Source: Clostridia bacterium (lineage in GTDB: Bacteria > Bacillota > Clostridia > UBA1212 > UBA1255). From it: a DNA stretch of 64,000 bases. A model generated the notes under the pieces. It saw only the letters and a list, made by a program, of their open reading frames with translations, ran no database searches and was not told where the DNA came from. How positions within the stretch are numbered: the stretch's first letter is position 1; each line of letters starts with the position of its first letter. Below are positions 46,739-57,276 of the stretch, in pieces. The DNA lies in NCBI GenBank assembly GCA_046952735.1, contig JBKUJR010000002.1, positions 28,852 to 92,851 on the forward strand, written 5' to 3'. The translations under genes were made by a program, and so were the position numbers.

Positions 46739-48823
46739 TTATTGTATCATTTTCAGCTTTTTGATCGTATCCCGTATTTTAGCGGCATCCTCGTATCGAA
46801 GCTCTCCCGCCGCCTCCGCCATCCGGAGCGTCAATGTCTCGATCAGCGTATCGATCGGCATATTTTGTTCTTCCTCCGTCAGCTCCATGGTCATGTCGAG
46901 CTTCGTCTTCGGCGCTTTGGAAGCGATTCTGCCTCCGTCCTTCGTAATGCCTCCGCTTGCAATCTCGCCGATTATATCTGATGTTCCGGCCTCTTTAATG
47001 CGCGTAGAATCGATAACCTCGCGTACGCTCTTTACGATCGTTTTCGGAACAATATGATGCTGTTCGTTATACGCCCTTTGCAGTTCCCGCCTTCTGTTCG
47101 TTTCACGGATCGCATACTGCATGGACTCCGTAATTTCATCGGCATACATGATGACGCGGCCTTCCACATTTCTTGCGGCCCTTCCAATCGTCTGGATCAG
47201 AGACGTTTCGCTGCGCAGGAATCCGGCTTTGTCGGCATCCAATATTGCGACCAGGGACACCTCCGGAAGATCGAGCCCTTCCCGTAAAAGGTTGATTCCA
47301 ACCAGAACGTCGAATTCCCCTGTCCGCAGGTCCTTGATGATTTCCATCCTTTCGATGGATTTTATATCGGAATGCAGATATCGGACCCGAATTCCCACAT
47401 TCCCCAGATATTCCGTCAGGCTTTCCGCCATTTTCTTCGTTAATGTCGTTACCAGGATTCTTTGCCCTTTTGCCGTAATCTGTCGGATTTCCCCGATCAG
47501 ATCGTCGATCTGGCCTTCTACGGGGCGCACGACGATTTCCGGATCGATCAGGCCAGTAGGCCGTATGACCTGCTCCACGATTTCAGAGGCGCGTTCTCTT
47601 TCGTATTTGGCAGGCGTCGCGCTGACATAAATCACCTGGTGGATTCTGTCTTCAAATTCGTTGAATTTCAACGGACGGTTGTCCATTGCGGAGGGCAGGC
47701 GGAATCCGTATTCCACAAGCGATTCTTTCCGCGCCCGGTCGCCGTTGTACATCGCCCGCACCTGGGGAATCGTCGCATGGGATTCATCGATAAACATCAG
47801 GAAATCCTTTGGAAAATAATCCATCAGCGTATAAGGCGCGCTTCCTGCCGCGCGGCCGCTGATATGGCGGGAATAATTTTCGATCCCGCTGCAAAATTTC
47901 GTCTCCCGCAAAAGCTCCATGTCGTAACGCGTGCGCTGCTCCAGACGGTATGCCTCCAATATTTTCCCCTGCTCCTTAAAATATTGCACCTGCTCTTCCA
48001 TTTCTGCTAAAATGCCGTCGATGGCACGTTCCATTTTTTCATCCGTCGTTGCGTAATGGGAGGCCGGGAAAATGGCGGCGTGCGATAAAACAGCGCGTAT
48101 TTTATAATTGATCGCATCGCATTCCGTTATCCTGTCGATTTCATCGCCAAAAAATTCCACTTTGATGATCGTGTCATTCCGATCCGACGGACGGATACTG
48201 AGCGTGTCGCCGCTCACCCGGAACGCGCCTCTGGAGGAAAAATCACTGTTGTCATTCGAATAATTCATGGAAACGAGCTTCGCGGCCGCCTGGCGGATTT
48301 CCATGTGCATCCCCGGGCGAAGGGAAAGCATCAGATCCGTATAGTCTTCCGGATCTCCCAGGCCATAGATGCAGGATACGCTGGAAACGATGATGACATC
48401 GCGCCGTTCAAATAACGCCGCCGTTGCGGAATGGCGGAGACGGTCGATTTCATCGTTAATGCTGGAGTCTTTTTCGATATAAGTATCCGAAGCCGCAATA
48501 TACGCCTCCGGCTGATAATAATCATAATACGAGATAAAAAATTCCACCGCATTGTGCGGAAAAAATTCTTTGAATTCGCTGCAAAGCTGTGCGGCAAGCG
48601 TTTTGTTATGCGCTAAAACAAGCGCAGGCCGGTTCATTTGCGCAATGATGTTCGCCATCGTAAACGTTTTACCGGAACCCGTCACGCCGAGTAAAATCTG
48701 CTCCCGGAGCCCGCTTTCCAATCCATCGACCAGCTTTGCGATCGCTTCCGGCTGATCCCCTGTCGGGACATATGGCGCTTCCAGTTGAAAAATGCCTTTT
48801 TGATTCCGTATGTTTTCGATCAT
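46739..48823 (-). CDS. uvrB: excinuclease ABC subunit B
   Basis: SF2 helicase motifs (GVTGSGKT), a beta-hairpin, and a C-terminal UVR domain. The start is taken at MIENIRNQ. Confidence 0.97.
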   Translation of the reverse strand: MIENIRNQKGIFQLEAPYVPTGDQPEAIAKLVDGLESGLREQILLGVTGSGKTFTMANIIAQMNRPALVLAHNKTLAAQLCSEFKEFFPHNAVEFFISYYDYYQPEAYIAASDTYIEKDSSINDEIDRLRHSATAALFERRDVIIVSSVSCIYGLGDPEDYTDLMLSLRPGMHMEIRQAAAKLVSMNYSNDNSDFSSRGAFRVSGDTLSIRPSDRNDTIIKVEFFGDEIDRITECDAINYKIRAVLSHAAIFPASHYATTDEKMERAIDGILAEMEEQVQYFKEQGKILEAYRLEQRTRYDMELLRETKFCSGIENYSRHISGRAAGSAPYTLMDYFPKDFLMFIDESHATIPQVRAMYNGDRARKESLVEYGFRLPSAMDNRPLKFNEFEDRIHQVIYVSATPAKYERERASEIVEQVIRPTGLIDPEIVVRPVEGQIDDLIGEIRQITAKGQRILVTTLTKKMAESLTEYLGNVGIRVRYLHSDIKSIERMEIIKDLRTGEFDVLVGINLLREGLDLPEVSLVAILDADKAGFLRSETSLIQTIGRAARNVEGRVIMYADEITESMQYAIRETNRRRELQRAYNEQHHIVPKTIVKSVREVIDSTRIKEAGTSDIIGEIASGGITKDGGRIASKAPKTKLDMTMELTEEEQNMPIDTLIETLTLRMAEAAGELRYEDAAKIRDTIKKLKMIQ

Positions 48824-48982
48824 ACCGCTCACCCCTTTTTGCAATAAAATAAGGATCCATGATAATACGTGACACAGGCTGCGCTCCTGCAAAACCTGAA
48901 AGTACAGTATACCATGGATCCAAAAAAAACGGAATAGCTGCGTACTGTTTCCAGCCGGAATTTGCCGCTGGAAAATGCTGTA

Positions 48983-50071
48983 TTAATTTTGTACGGTATG
49001 GCATTTGATATATTCCAGCCACTTCATGCAATATTCTTTTCCCATGTGGATTCCGTCGCTTGCCGCGCCGCCGGGCAGATATCCTTCGTCATCGGCCAGA
49101 GCCTCTTGTACGTTTAAGAAACAGACGTTCTCCTGCTCGCACATTTCGTAGATATAGCGATTGAATATTGCGATATTTTCATTGTTTTCATAGGCCGGGT
49201 CCACCCCGGAGCCGCTGATTTTGCGCGCCACAGGGATCACGCACTCCACATAAATCTGCACATCCGGTTGGATGCTTCGGATGAGATCCAGCACCGCCGT
49301 ATAATATTTTACAAACTCGGACGGGTACGGCCATCCTACCTCGTTATAGCCTAACATGATATAGACTTTGGAAAAATCGTCGTATTTCGTCAGCGCTTCT
49401 TCCAGCGTGAGTTTTTCCCCTTCGACGAGGAAACGCGTTCTGCGCTCGGGATCATTCGCAAGGATCTGATTGACGGAAACGCCGACATGCGTGTAAAACC
49501 GGGCGTATTTAGCCATTCCCGTGAAAAGCGCGAAATCCTCCATGCGGGAATCTCCGATAAAGACGGCATCTTCAAAATATTCCCATCCCACAGGCGCGCT
49601 TTCCGCGACCTGATTCGGATAATGATAACCCGTAAACGGCGTCGGACGCGGCGTGGGAGAAGCGGTAACGGGTTCGGCAGTCGCCGCAGACGTCGGCGTC
49701 GGCGCCGCCGTTTTAGGCGCAGTCACGGACGGCGCAGGGGAAACGGTCTCCGATACGACGGACGGCGTAGGATCCGGCGGGATAAATTCTGTTTTTGCCG
49801 GCAACGTCGTCTGCGGCGGCGTAACGATTATGGTTGCAGAGGGAGTATGTTCGATTTGCATCGTAGCTTCAGGCGTCTGTGCCGCAGACGCCGTTTCCGG
49901 GGCGGCTGCATGGACGCCGGCGGTATGATCCGGCCTTCTGTTTAAAAAAACAGCCAGCGAAATCGATAAAACTGCGAGCGCCAATATCAGAATAGAAAAT
50001 AAAATGATTTTTTTGCGTTTTTCATCTGGTGTCACATTGTTTGACGGGTGTTCCGTTTTGTCTTTTGTCAT
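48983..50071 (-). CDS. membrane-anchored SGNH/GDSL hydrolase with a Pro/Thr/Ala-rich linker
   Basis: N-terminal TM anchor, a roughly 110-aa PT-rich low-complexity linker, and an SGNH domain (FIGDSRM ... GYNEVGW). The start is taken at MTKDK. Confidence 0.7.
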   Translation of the reverse strand: MTKDKTEHPSNNVTPDEKRKKIILFSILILALAVLSISLAVFLNRRPDHTAGVHAAAPETASAAQTPEATMQIEHTPSATIIVTPPQTTLPAKTEFIPPDPTPSVVSETVSPAPSVTAPKTAAPTPTSAATAEPVTASPTPRPTPFTGYHYPNQVAESAPVGWEYFEDAVFIGDSRMEDFALFTGMAKYARFYTHVGVSVNQILANDPERRTRFLVEGEKLTLEEALTKYDDFSKVYIMLGYNEVGWPYPSEFVKYYTAVLDLIRSIQPDVQIYVECVIPVARKISGSGVDPAYENNENIAIFNRYIYEMCEQENVCFLNVQEALADDEGYLPGGAASDGIHMGKEYCMKWLEYIKCHTVQN

Positions 50072-50179
50072 ATGATTTCCTCCCATGCCAGAATTTTCTA
50101 ATAAAATTATAAAAGACTGCGGGGAGAAATGCACCACCCGAATTGACAGAAAAAAGGATATGTCCGCATAGCGCCGGGG

Positions 50180-51394
50180 TCATAGAAAATCCGCCAGATT
50201 TTTCCGTTTCCCGACGCCGACTTTCTCCATTGCGCTGCCCAAACGCTGTTTCACGGTATTGACGGAAAGATGCAGCCGGTCTGCGATCTCCTTGTTTGTC
50301 AAACCGTATACCGCCAGCTTCACGACCTCCCGCTCCCGGATCGTCCATACGTTTGTGACATTGCGATGCAGTACGGCATTATGTACGTTCGTCCATCCCT
50401 CGAGCAAACGTTTACTTAATGAAATAACGGCGTCGTACGCAGACCGGTCCGTCTTTCTCAGGCGCCGGAACAACAAAAAGTCCAGCTGCCGGCAATATTC
50501 CGCAAGCACCACATACAGCCGGTCCGGCAGCGTAATCTCAAGGACGCGGTCGATATGGAGCAGCGCCGTTTTATCATCCCCATTGTCGTGATATGCGATC
50601 GCAGCCAAAATCCGCTGATACGCTTCGGAAAGCAGTACGCCTTCCAGCTTTGTCTGAGAGATCAGCGGCTCTGCCGCCGCCGTAAAGTCCTGCCTTGCCC
50701 GCAGAGCATTCTTTTCGATCAGCAAATATTTTAAATAATAAAATCTTGCCAGAGGATACGTCTCACCCGGCAGATCTCCAAAGCTGCCGCGCCGGAACCA
50801 CGCGGGAAAATGCGCTCCGTCGTAAATTGCGCTCTGCATCCCGGCCCGGCACATTGCGAGATAATTTTGATCCGCCGTCGTACCGCATACCATGCGCCGC
50901 ATATTTTCTTCGGCGGCCTTCCACAGCGTTACGTCTCCCAGATACATCGCGCAGCTTGATAAAATTACGGACGTCCCGATTTTCGTGTCAAAGCACGATG
51001 CTGTTGCATATAATGTGCCGGCTTTCTGATAGGCTTTTTGAATTTCCCCGCGGAAATACGAAAGCTGGCAATCGCACAGCAGGGCAAGCTCCGGCTGATC
51101 TTTGAGTTTTCTGATGACCGCATCCGCGCTCCCGGGAACGACGTATAAGCCCGTCATCAGCGGGATCGGCGTCCTGTAAGGCAAGTAAGAAAAATGCTGC
51201 CGCACGTCGTCTTTTTTCACTTTCCGGAGATCCTCCGGTTTTTCCGCATCCACAGGAATCATCCAGGAGCGCTGGTATTTTTTTGCACCCGGTATTCTCC
51301 CTTCTGAAAGCAAACGCTGCGTATACCGAAGAGAAATTCCCCATCGTTCCGCCGCTTCCCTTGCGGACAAATACTGCATTGGCTCCACCCCCAA
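50180..51394 (-). CDS. two-HTH regulator: N-terminal excisionase/MerR-type HTH and a C-terminal LuxR-type HTH around a helical repeat core, 404 aa
   Basis: N-terminal YLSAREAAERWGISLRYTQRLLSEGRIP (HTH_17-like). The C-terminal LuxR HTH is LTIREREVVKLAVYGLTNKEIADRLHLSVNTVKQRL. Confidence 0.7.
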   Translation of the reverse strand: MGVEPMQYLSAREAAERWGISLRYTQRLLSEGRIPGAKKYQRSWMIPVDAEKPEDLRKVKKDDVRQHFSYLPYRTPIPLMTGLYVVPGSADAVIRKLKDQPELALLCDCQLSYFRGEIQKAYQKAGTLYATASCFDTKIGTSVILSSCAMYLGDVTLWKAAEENMRRMVCGTTADQNYLAMCRAGMQSAIYDGAHFPAWFRRGSFGDLPGETYPLARFYYLKYLLIEKNALRARQDFTAAAEPLISQTKLEGVLLSEAYQRILAAIAYHDNGDDKTALLHIDRVLEITLPDRLYVVLAEYCRQLDFLLFRRLRKTDRSAYDAVISLSKRLLEGWTNVHNAVLHRNVTNVWTIREREVVKLAVYGLTNKEIADRLHLSVNTVKQRLGSAMEKVGVGKRKNLADFL

Positions 51395-51551
51395 AAACAG
51401 AAATAGCTAAGAATAGTTTAGCCGTTATAACGTATCATTTCAATAGATTCCTTCAAAAAATTTTAAGGGAAATCAGAAACGGAAAAGCGTCTCCCCACCG
51501 CCTGAAAAGACGGAAGGAGACGCTCTGATCTTGTCTGTCCCGAGATCCCTA

Positions 51552-52031
51552 TTACAGCGTTACATTCCAGTTTTTGCAGACGTCGACCCATTTCCGGCAA
51601 CCGGAGAATTTTTCCAGTTCCGGGATCGTAAGCCTGACGGCGCTGTTTGCGCTTCCCGCAGCAGGATATACCGTTTCGAAACGTTTCAGGGAGATATCGA
51701 GATAAACCGCAACCGCTTCTCTGACTGCGAACGGGCACACGCCGCCGGGCGCATGGCCCACCAGTTCCTCCACACACTCTGCCGGGATCATTTTCGCTTT
51801 CGTCTGAAATTCGGCGCGGTATTTCTGATTATCGATCCGCGCATCGCCTGCGACGACGATCAGAACAGGCTGTTCCGATACAAGAAAAGACAGGGTTTTC
51901 GCGATATGCTCCGGCGGACAGCCAACCGCCTTTGCAGCAAGCTCCACCGTGGCGCTGGATTCCGTAAATTCCAAGATCCGGTCCCCGGCTCCTGCCGCAT
52001 GAAAATATGCTTTCACCTGTTCTATCGGCAT
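51552..52031 (-). CDS. YbaK/ProX-family aminoacyl-tRNA deacylase (Cys-tRNA(Pro) deacylase-like), 159 aa
   Basis: YbaK fold motifs (…KTLSFLV…, …GGVCPF…). A hairpin plus T-tract follows the gene at about 51497-51540. Confidence 0.75.
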   Translation of the reverse strand: MPIEQVKAYFHAAGAGDRILEFTESSATVELAAKAVGCPPEHIAKTLSFLVSEQPVLIVVAGDARIDNQKYRAEFQTKAKMIPAECVEELVGHAPGGVCPFAVREAVAVYLDISLKRFETVYPAAGSANSAVRLTIPELEKFSGCRKWVDVCKNWNVTL

Positions 52032-52053
52032 ATCTGATTTCTCCTTCCCCGTA

Positions 52054-53085
52054 TTACCGATCTTTCCGTCTCACGGAAGAAACGATTCCGCCCGCCGCAA
52101 AAATCAGCGCTGCAGCAATGCAGGCAAGCAGTACGATTACTATAACATTACCGTCAAGCAAATCCAAGTCCCAGTTTTTCAGATCGAAACGCGGTAAGGC
52201 AACCGCCTCTTTATTGATGAGAGCTTTGAGTACGCTGTTGCAGAAAAAGGTGTAAACGCCGGCAGCCGCAAGACAGATCGACGTTTTGAAAAAAACGCCG
52301 CATCGGATGTAACGCAGAACCGCCAGATAAACCCAGGGAAGGACGATGGCAAAGGCCGCGACAGGGAACGCCGTCTTTAAAATATAATCCATTGCGTACC
52401 CGGTATGCAGACAGCCGGCCAGAACGAGCGCAAATAAAAGGACCGTATCCAGCAAAAAGCATAGCAGAGATTTATGTCTGCCCAGAGCGCCCGGCAGACG
52501 GACCGCCCGCAGCGCAAACGGCAGAAAGACAACGGTAAAACCAAACAGCAGCGCGATAAACGTGATTCCGAACCACGCTCCCCCTGTATAGATATTACAC
52601 GTCAGCAAAAGCAGATTCAGAGAAACGTAAAAAGAAAGCAGGGTCGTCAGGCCTTTCTGTTTTTTAACAAGAACCGGCACGTTCGTCAGGGAAAAAGCCG
52701 CCATTTCCGCCGTCAAAACGATAAAAAACCACGATAGCGTATGGGATACGGCAAGATTGCAGATCAGGCACGTCAGCAGCGAAACGGCATAGAGCGCGTA
52801 AAACACCCAAGAATATCCTTTTACGAGACGGCGGAATCGTTCCGCCTGGCGTTCCGTTTCTTTTTGTCTGTGATCATCCGTTGCCGTAATCAGCTCGTGT
52901 TCGCTGATCTGCAGAATTTCGCAGAGCGAGGCGACAAGCGTAATATCCGGATAGGAAATGCCGCGCTCCCATTTACTCACTGCCGACTCCGTTACAAATA
53001 AGCGGTCGGCAAGCATCTTCTGTGACAGCCCCGCTTCCTTTCTCTTTTTCAGAATATATTTTCCAAACGATTCTTTTCCTTCCAT
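52054..53085 (-). CDS. XRE-family HTH fused to a roughly 8-TM membrane domain (membrane-tethered regulator), 343 aa
   Basis: N-terminal HTH_3 (ILKKRKEAGLSQKMLADRLFVTESAVSKWERG) followed by multiple hydrophobic helices. Confidence 0.7.
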   Translation of the reverse strand: MEGKESFGKYILKKRKEAGLSQKMLADRLFVTESAVSKWERGISYPDITLVASLCEILQISEHELITATDDHRQKETERQAERFRRLVKGYSWVFYALYAVSLLTCLICNLAVSHTLSWFFIVLTAEMAAFSLTNVPVLVKKQKGLTTLLSFYVSLNLLLLTCNIYTGGAWFGITFIALLFGFTVVFLPFALRAVRLPGALGRHKSLLCFLLDTVLLFALVLAGCLHTGYAMDYILKTAFPVAAFAIVLPWVYLAVLRYIRCGVFFKTSICLAAAGVYTFFCNSVLKALINKEAVALPRFDLKNWDLDLLDGNVIVIVLLACIAAALIFAAGGIVSSVRRKDR

Positions 53086-53280
53086 TCCGGACTCCTCCTA
53101 TATAAAAATTGTTTTGCCTCCGGATCCTGCCAAGGCGATCCCATCGTATCCGTGCCGGCCGGCAAAGTCAACAAAAGACGGGCCTTTTTTCCCTCGACCG
53201 GTAAGCCACCCCTGGAAACAAAGGAAATTTCACAGTTTTTGTGGCTTTGCATGAAGCGCATGCCGACATGGATAAAATTG

Positions 53281-53309
53281 TTGCAGTCTGTTAAAGATAC
53301 TGCTATAAT
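53281..53309 (+). promoter_or_regulatory. promoter TTGCAG-17-TATAAT for the large secreted protein gene
   Basis: TTGCAGtctgttaaagatactgcTATAAT, read directly. It lies 60 nt upstream of the MHLKK start, with a GGAGGG RBS. Confidence 0.5.
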
Positions 53310-53369
53310 ACAAAACATATTGCAGAATCATGTTAAAAAAATATATCATCTTTTATGGAGGGATGCCAT

Positions 53370-56003
53370 ATGCATCTGAAAAAATACATACGGTACGTTC
53401 TGTTCTGTTTGCTGACCTGTATCCTCGCCGCCGGCGCAGGAACGCCTGCCGTCAGAATGCAGGCGCAAAACGGGATCTATGACTGGCTCGGCGCTACGCC
53501 GTATTCTCCGGAATACGATTTTACGAACAGCGACCTTTCGGGTTATGCAAAAGATGATCTTTTATCTTTAAAAAATAAAGGTTTTTTCGTATTTGACGGA
53601 AATACGCTCTCCGTGCGGAAAAATGCTTCCGCCTCCATCGGCGGCGCGCATTATTTGGGAGATTATTACGGCCTTGCAGGCGGCGTCCTCTCCTTCGATG
53701 CGCTGACGGAGAAAGACGGCCGGATCGAGGCCGGCGTGCGCTGTATCAGCCCGAACGCAGATCCATATGAGAAAGGGATCTTTTTTATTCTGACGGACAA
53801 TAAAATTTCCGTCTCGATCCCGACGATCGATTTTACGAAGGAACTTTGCAGCGGCATCGACATGGCGGCAGACCAGAGAATCGAAATCAGGGATACAGTA
53901 GACGAAATTACGCTTTTCATAGAAGGCCGATGCCGCGCTTCGATACTTTACGGCGCAAACGGCGCGTTATCCATCAGAGACGGCGCAGGCAGCTTGTTGG
54001 CGGAGACGGAAGAAACTTTTCTCTATCCGGCCGGATACTGGAATATCAAACTGGAAAGAACGGAAAATGCCGTCTGGATCGACCATTTGAAATTTGATTT
54101 TACAGAAATCGATCAGACCCTGCCGGAGCGCGATCAGCGCCATGTCTCATATCAGAATTGGGTCGCTACGGATGATCTGGGCCGGACGACGAGTATGGGC
54201 AGCCAGACAGGCGGGCCGAAAGAAGATAAGTATGTCGGTATCTTTTATTTTCTGTGCGTCGTAGGCGCGGGGGTCCATGTCCAGGATAATACGAAAATTT
54301 ATTTAGAGAGCGGCGCAGACGGCCTGAAGCAGTATCTGCAGCAGAAAGGCGGAGAAGCGTATTGGTCGGAGCCGTATTTTGGCTATTATAGGAATACGGA
54401 TACCTGGGTTTACCGGAAGCACGCTTATATGCTGGAAGCCGCGGGCGTCGATTTCGTATTCTTGGATATTTCCAACGAGGAGACGTTCGATAAAGCGCAT
54501 CTGGCGCTGTTCGACACGTGGCTGCAAATCCGGAAAGAAGGCGGCCAGACGCCGCAGATCTGTTTCCTGACAGGCGATACCGAAGGCCGTCTCGAATCCC
54601 ATATGAAGCGTCTCTTAAAAACGGTTTATTCCGATAAAAATTATTCTAAATATGAAGAGTTGTTTTTCAAATGGGAAGGAAAGCCTCTCATTTTCGGAAA
54701 CAGCGCCAATTTATCGGATGAAATGAAAAATACGCTCAATAATTTTACCGTCAGGGGCTGCTGGGCCTGGGAGAACAGGGACGGATATTGGAACTGGCTC
54801 CAGGAAATACGCTACGATGAAAATAGCGGCGAATATTTTATGTATAAAGGCAGGGATCCGTTCGGGAATTTCGAACAGCTGGCCGTTGCAATGGGACATC
54901 ATCCCTCTACCAGTAAGGGCCGCAGCTATGTGAAGGGCGTGCAGCCCAATAACGGAAAGAACGATTTTGAATTTTCCTCCGAAACGTCCGGCCTGGGCCT
55001 CGGTTTTGCGTCGCAGTTTGAAATGGCGATCGAACTGGATCCCCAGGTGATTATGATTACCGGCTGGAACGAGTGGATCGCCGGCCTTCCGCGGGATTCC
55101 TCCTTCACCCATTTTGCGAATACGGACGTAAACGGATATATGTATATCGACCAGTTCAATCCGGAATTCAGCAGGGACGGCGAACCGATGAAGCTGCGTG
55201 ACGGCGTTGGATTCGGGGATAATTATTATTACCAAATGGTGGATTATATCCGAAAATTCAAAGGCATGGAGGCGGAGGCGCTTGCGGCGGGACAGGACAC
55301 CATCGATCTTTATGGCGACGTATCGCAATGGGAAAACGTATCGCCTGAATTCAGGGATACCATCGGCGACGTTGCTTTTCGAAACGAGCCGTCGTACGAC
55401 ATGGAGTTCCGATATATCAACAATACCGGCAGAAACGATTTTGAGTACGCAAAAATTTCCCAGGACGACGACGCGCTTTATTTCTTTGTCAAAACCGTCC
55501 ACGATATCGTTCGGGATGACGGCGCGGACTGGATGAACCTTTACATCGACCTCGATAAAAATCATGAAACCGGTTGGGAGGGCTACGATTACGTGATCAA
55601 CCGCAAGCGCGGCGAAACGCATATGTCCATAGAAAAATTCAACGGTAATACGTGGGAAGGGAGCGAAACCGGAGAGGCGGAATACACCCTCGGCACAGAT
55701 TATTTGATCCTGAAAGTGGAGAAAAAGCTTTTGGGCGTCGAATCCGGCGGAAGGATCAACTTTGATTTTAAATGGAGCGACCATTCCGCCGCCGGCGGCA
55801 ATATTATGGAATTCATGGATCTTGGGGATACGGCTCCGAACGACAGATTCAATTTCAGATATCTCGTTGAAGGAGGCAAAGACCTTGGAAGCGGAGGCGG
55901 CCTCTCCACTGCCGCAATCATCGGCCTGATCGCAGGCGGCGCGGCAATCGTGCTTGCCGCAGCGGTCGTACTTATATTTAAAATCGTAGGGAAAAAGGGT
56001 TAA
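53370..56003 (+). CDS. large secreted glycoside-hydrolase-like protein with a C-terminal Gly-rich linker and TM anchor, about 877 aa
   Basis: Signal peptide (MHLKKYIRYVLFCLLTCILAAGAG). A central TIM-barrel-like region (…VDFVFLDISNE…, …ITGWNEWIAG…). A C-terminal GSGGGLS linker plus the TM IIGLIAGGAAIVLAAAVVLIF and KIVGKKG. The family assignment is uncertain. Confidence 0.55.
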   Translation: MHLKKYIRYVLFCLLTCILAAGAGTPAVRMQAQNGIYDWLGATPYSPEYDFTNSDLSGYAKDDLLSLKNKGFFVFDGNTLSVRKNASASIGGAHYLGDYYGLAGGVLSFDALTEKDGRIEAGVRCISPNADPYEKGIFFILTDNKISVSIPTIDFTKELCSGIDMAADQRIEIRDTVDEITLFIEGRCRASILYGANGALSIRDGAGSLLAETEETFLYPAGYWNIKLERTENAVWIDHLKFDFTEIDQTLPERDQRHVSYQNWVATDDLGRTTSMGSQTGGPKEDKYVGIFYFLCVVGAGVHVQDNTKIYLESGADGLKQYLQQKGGEAYWSEPYFGYYRNTDTWVYRKHAYMLEAAGVDFVFLDISNEETFDKAHLALFDTWLQIRKEGGQTPQICFLTGDTEGRLESHMKRLLKTVYSDKNYSKYEELFFKWEGKPLIFGNSANLSDEMKNTLNNFTVRGCWAWENRDGYWNWLQEIRYDENSGEYFMYKGRDPFGNFEQLAVAMGHHPSTSKGRSYVKGVQPNNGKNDFEFSSETSGLGLGFASQFEMAIELDPQVIMITGWNEWIAGLPRDSSFTHFANTDVNGYMYIDQFNPEFSRDGEPMKLRDGVGFGDNYYYQMVDYIRKFKGMEAEALAAGQDTIDLYGDVSQWENVSPEFRDTIGDVAFRNEPSYDMEFRYINNTGRNDFEYAKISQDDDALYFFVKTVHDIVRDDGADWMNLYIDLDKNHETGWEGYDYVINRKRGETHMSIEKFNGNTWEGSETGEAEYTLGTDYLILKVEKKLLGVESGGRINFDFKWSDHSAAGGNIMEFMDLGDTAPNDRFNFRYLVEGGKDLGSGGGLSTAAIIGLIAGGAAIVLAAAVVLIFKIVGKKG

Positions 56004-56059
56004 TCATCGTGCCGCACGCAGGCATGATTTTTAATAAATCTTTTTAGGAAGGTGTTTGT

Positions 56060-57187
56060 ATGAAAAAATTTGTCAGTATCTTTACAATCGTATGCCTCCT
56101 GTTCTGTATGAACTGCTTCTCCCCTCTGTTCGCGTCAGCAGTTGATTATACGATCAACTTCGACGAAGAGGTAGAAGGAGACAGCTTTGAGAACACGGCG
56201 CTCAGCGAGGAGTTTCTGCTGGAAGCCGGTACGCCGGACAGCGGCGCGACCATTGAAGAAGATGAGGCCGGCGGCAATTTGATGACGCTCAAAGGCTATA
56301 CGGATATCAAATCCATCACTTATTTTGAGAAGGCTTATACGTTTTCCGTCGATTTTATTTCCAATGCGGATAATACGGCTGTTTTTGTGCGCGGCGTCGA
56401 GCCGTCGGAATATATCCAGGTGGAGAATCCCAAAAACCAGAACGTGCTTCAGGCCTTCAATTATTACGAATGGGACTGGTATCAAGAAAACGGCGGCAGC
56501 ACGGGCTCCAGCATAGGCGGCAGCGGAATCTACATCATGCCAGCCGCCAATATCATTAAAATCGGACTGAAGCTGTATCAGGAAGACGGGCTCGGCGTTT
56601 CTACGAAAGTATTCGACCTGCCTGCGCCGGAGGGATATCAGCGAGGGGAAAAATGTACCATCAAAGTAGAAGATACCACCTCCTCCGTGACGGTATCTGT
56701 AAACGGTACAAAGCTGGCCGTAGTAGAACTCAGCGAGCCCGATACGAAATATAGTACGGACGACCCGAGCTACGGCTTTTATAAAAAAGCTGCCGTTAAA
56801 AATGCCGCAGGCGAAGAGCTCGGCGCCGTAGAAAACACCCGGATCTGTTCCGAGTATTCCCAGATTGCGATCACGACGCGAAATGCGACATTCAGCATAG
56901 ATAATCTCTCCCTGCAATACGAAGGCTCCGCTTCGGAACCGACGCCGTCCGACCCTTCCGCAACACCGGAAGATGATGCTACGGGATCGCCGGCAACTGC
57001 AAGCCCGAAGGCTACTGCAACGGCAACTGCGAAAGCGACAAAAACGCCTGTAAAAGCGACGAACGCGCCTTCCTCTCAGGATAGCGGCAATACGCCGATC
57101 ATCATTGCGGTCGTTTCCGCCTGCGTCGTAGTCGCCGCCGGCATTATCATCGCAATCATTGTTGCAAAGAAGAAGAAAAAATCATAA
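56060..57187 (+). CDS. secreted cell-surface protein with a C-terminal PT/A-rich linker and TM anchor, 375 aa
   Basis: Signal peptide, a beta-rich lectin/LamG-like body, a linker (PTPSDPSATPEDDATGSPATASPKATATATAKATKTPVKATNAPSS), and a TM plus a KKKKKS stop-transfer tail. Confidence 0.55.
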   Translation: MKKFVSIFTIVCLLFCMNCFSPLFASAVDYTINFDEEVEGDSFENTALSEEFLLEAGTPDSGATIEEDEAGGNLMTLKGYTDIKSITYFEKAYTFSVDFISNADNTAVFVRGVEPSEYIQVENPKNQNVLQAFNYYEWDWYQENGGSTGSSIGGSGIYIMPAANIIKIGLKLYQEDGLGVSTKVFDLPAPEGYQRGEKCTIKVEDTTSSVTVSVNGTKLAVVELSEPDTKYSTDDPSYGFYKKAAVKNAAGEELGAVENTRICSEYSQIAITTRNATFSIDNLSLQYEGSASEPTPSDPSATPEDDATGSPATASPKATATATAKATKTPVKATNAPSSQDSGNTPIIIAVVSACVVVAAGIIIAIIVAKKKKKS

Positions 57188-57276
57188 TGCGTACAAAGTA
57201 CGCAAAAGAAATCCACCGTCTCATGTGAACGGTGGATTTTTTGCCGCTTTCCTGCAAGCGCAGGCTACATCCCGCG

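Noticed and set aside
49487-49945. Arg-rich ORFs (RRRRRRRR...) on the plus strand at 49487-49945.
   Set aside because: They are the reverse-complement reading of the Pro/Thr/Ala-rich linker of the GDSL hydrolase. This is a low-complexity artefact, not a protein.
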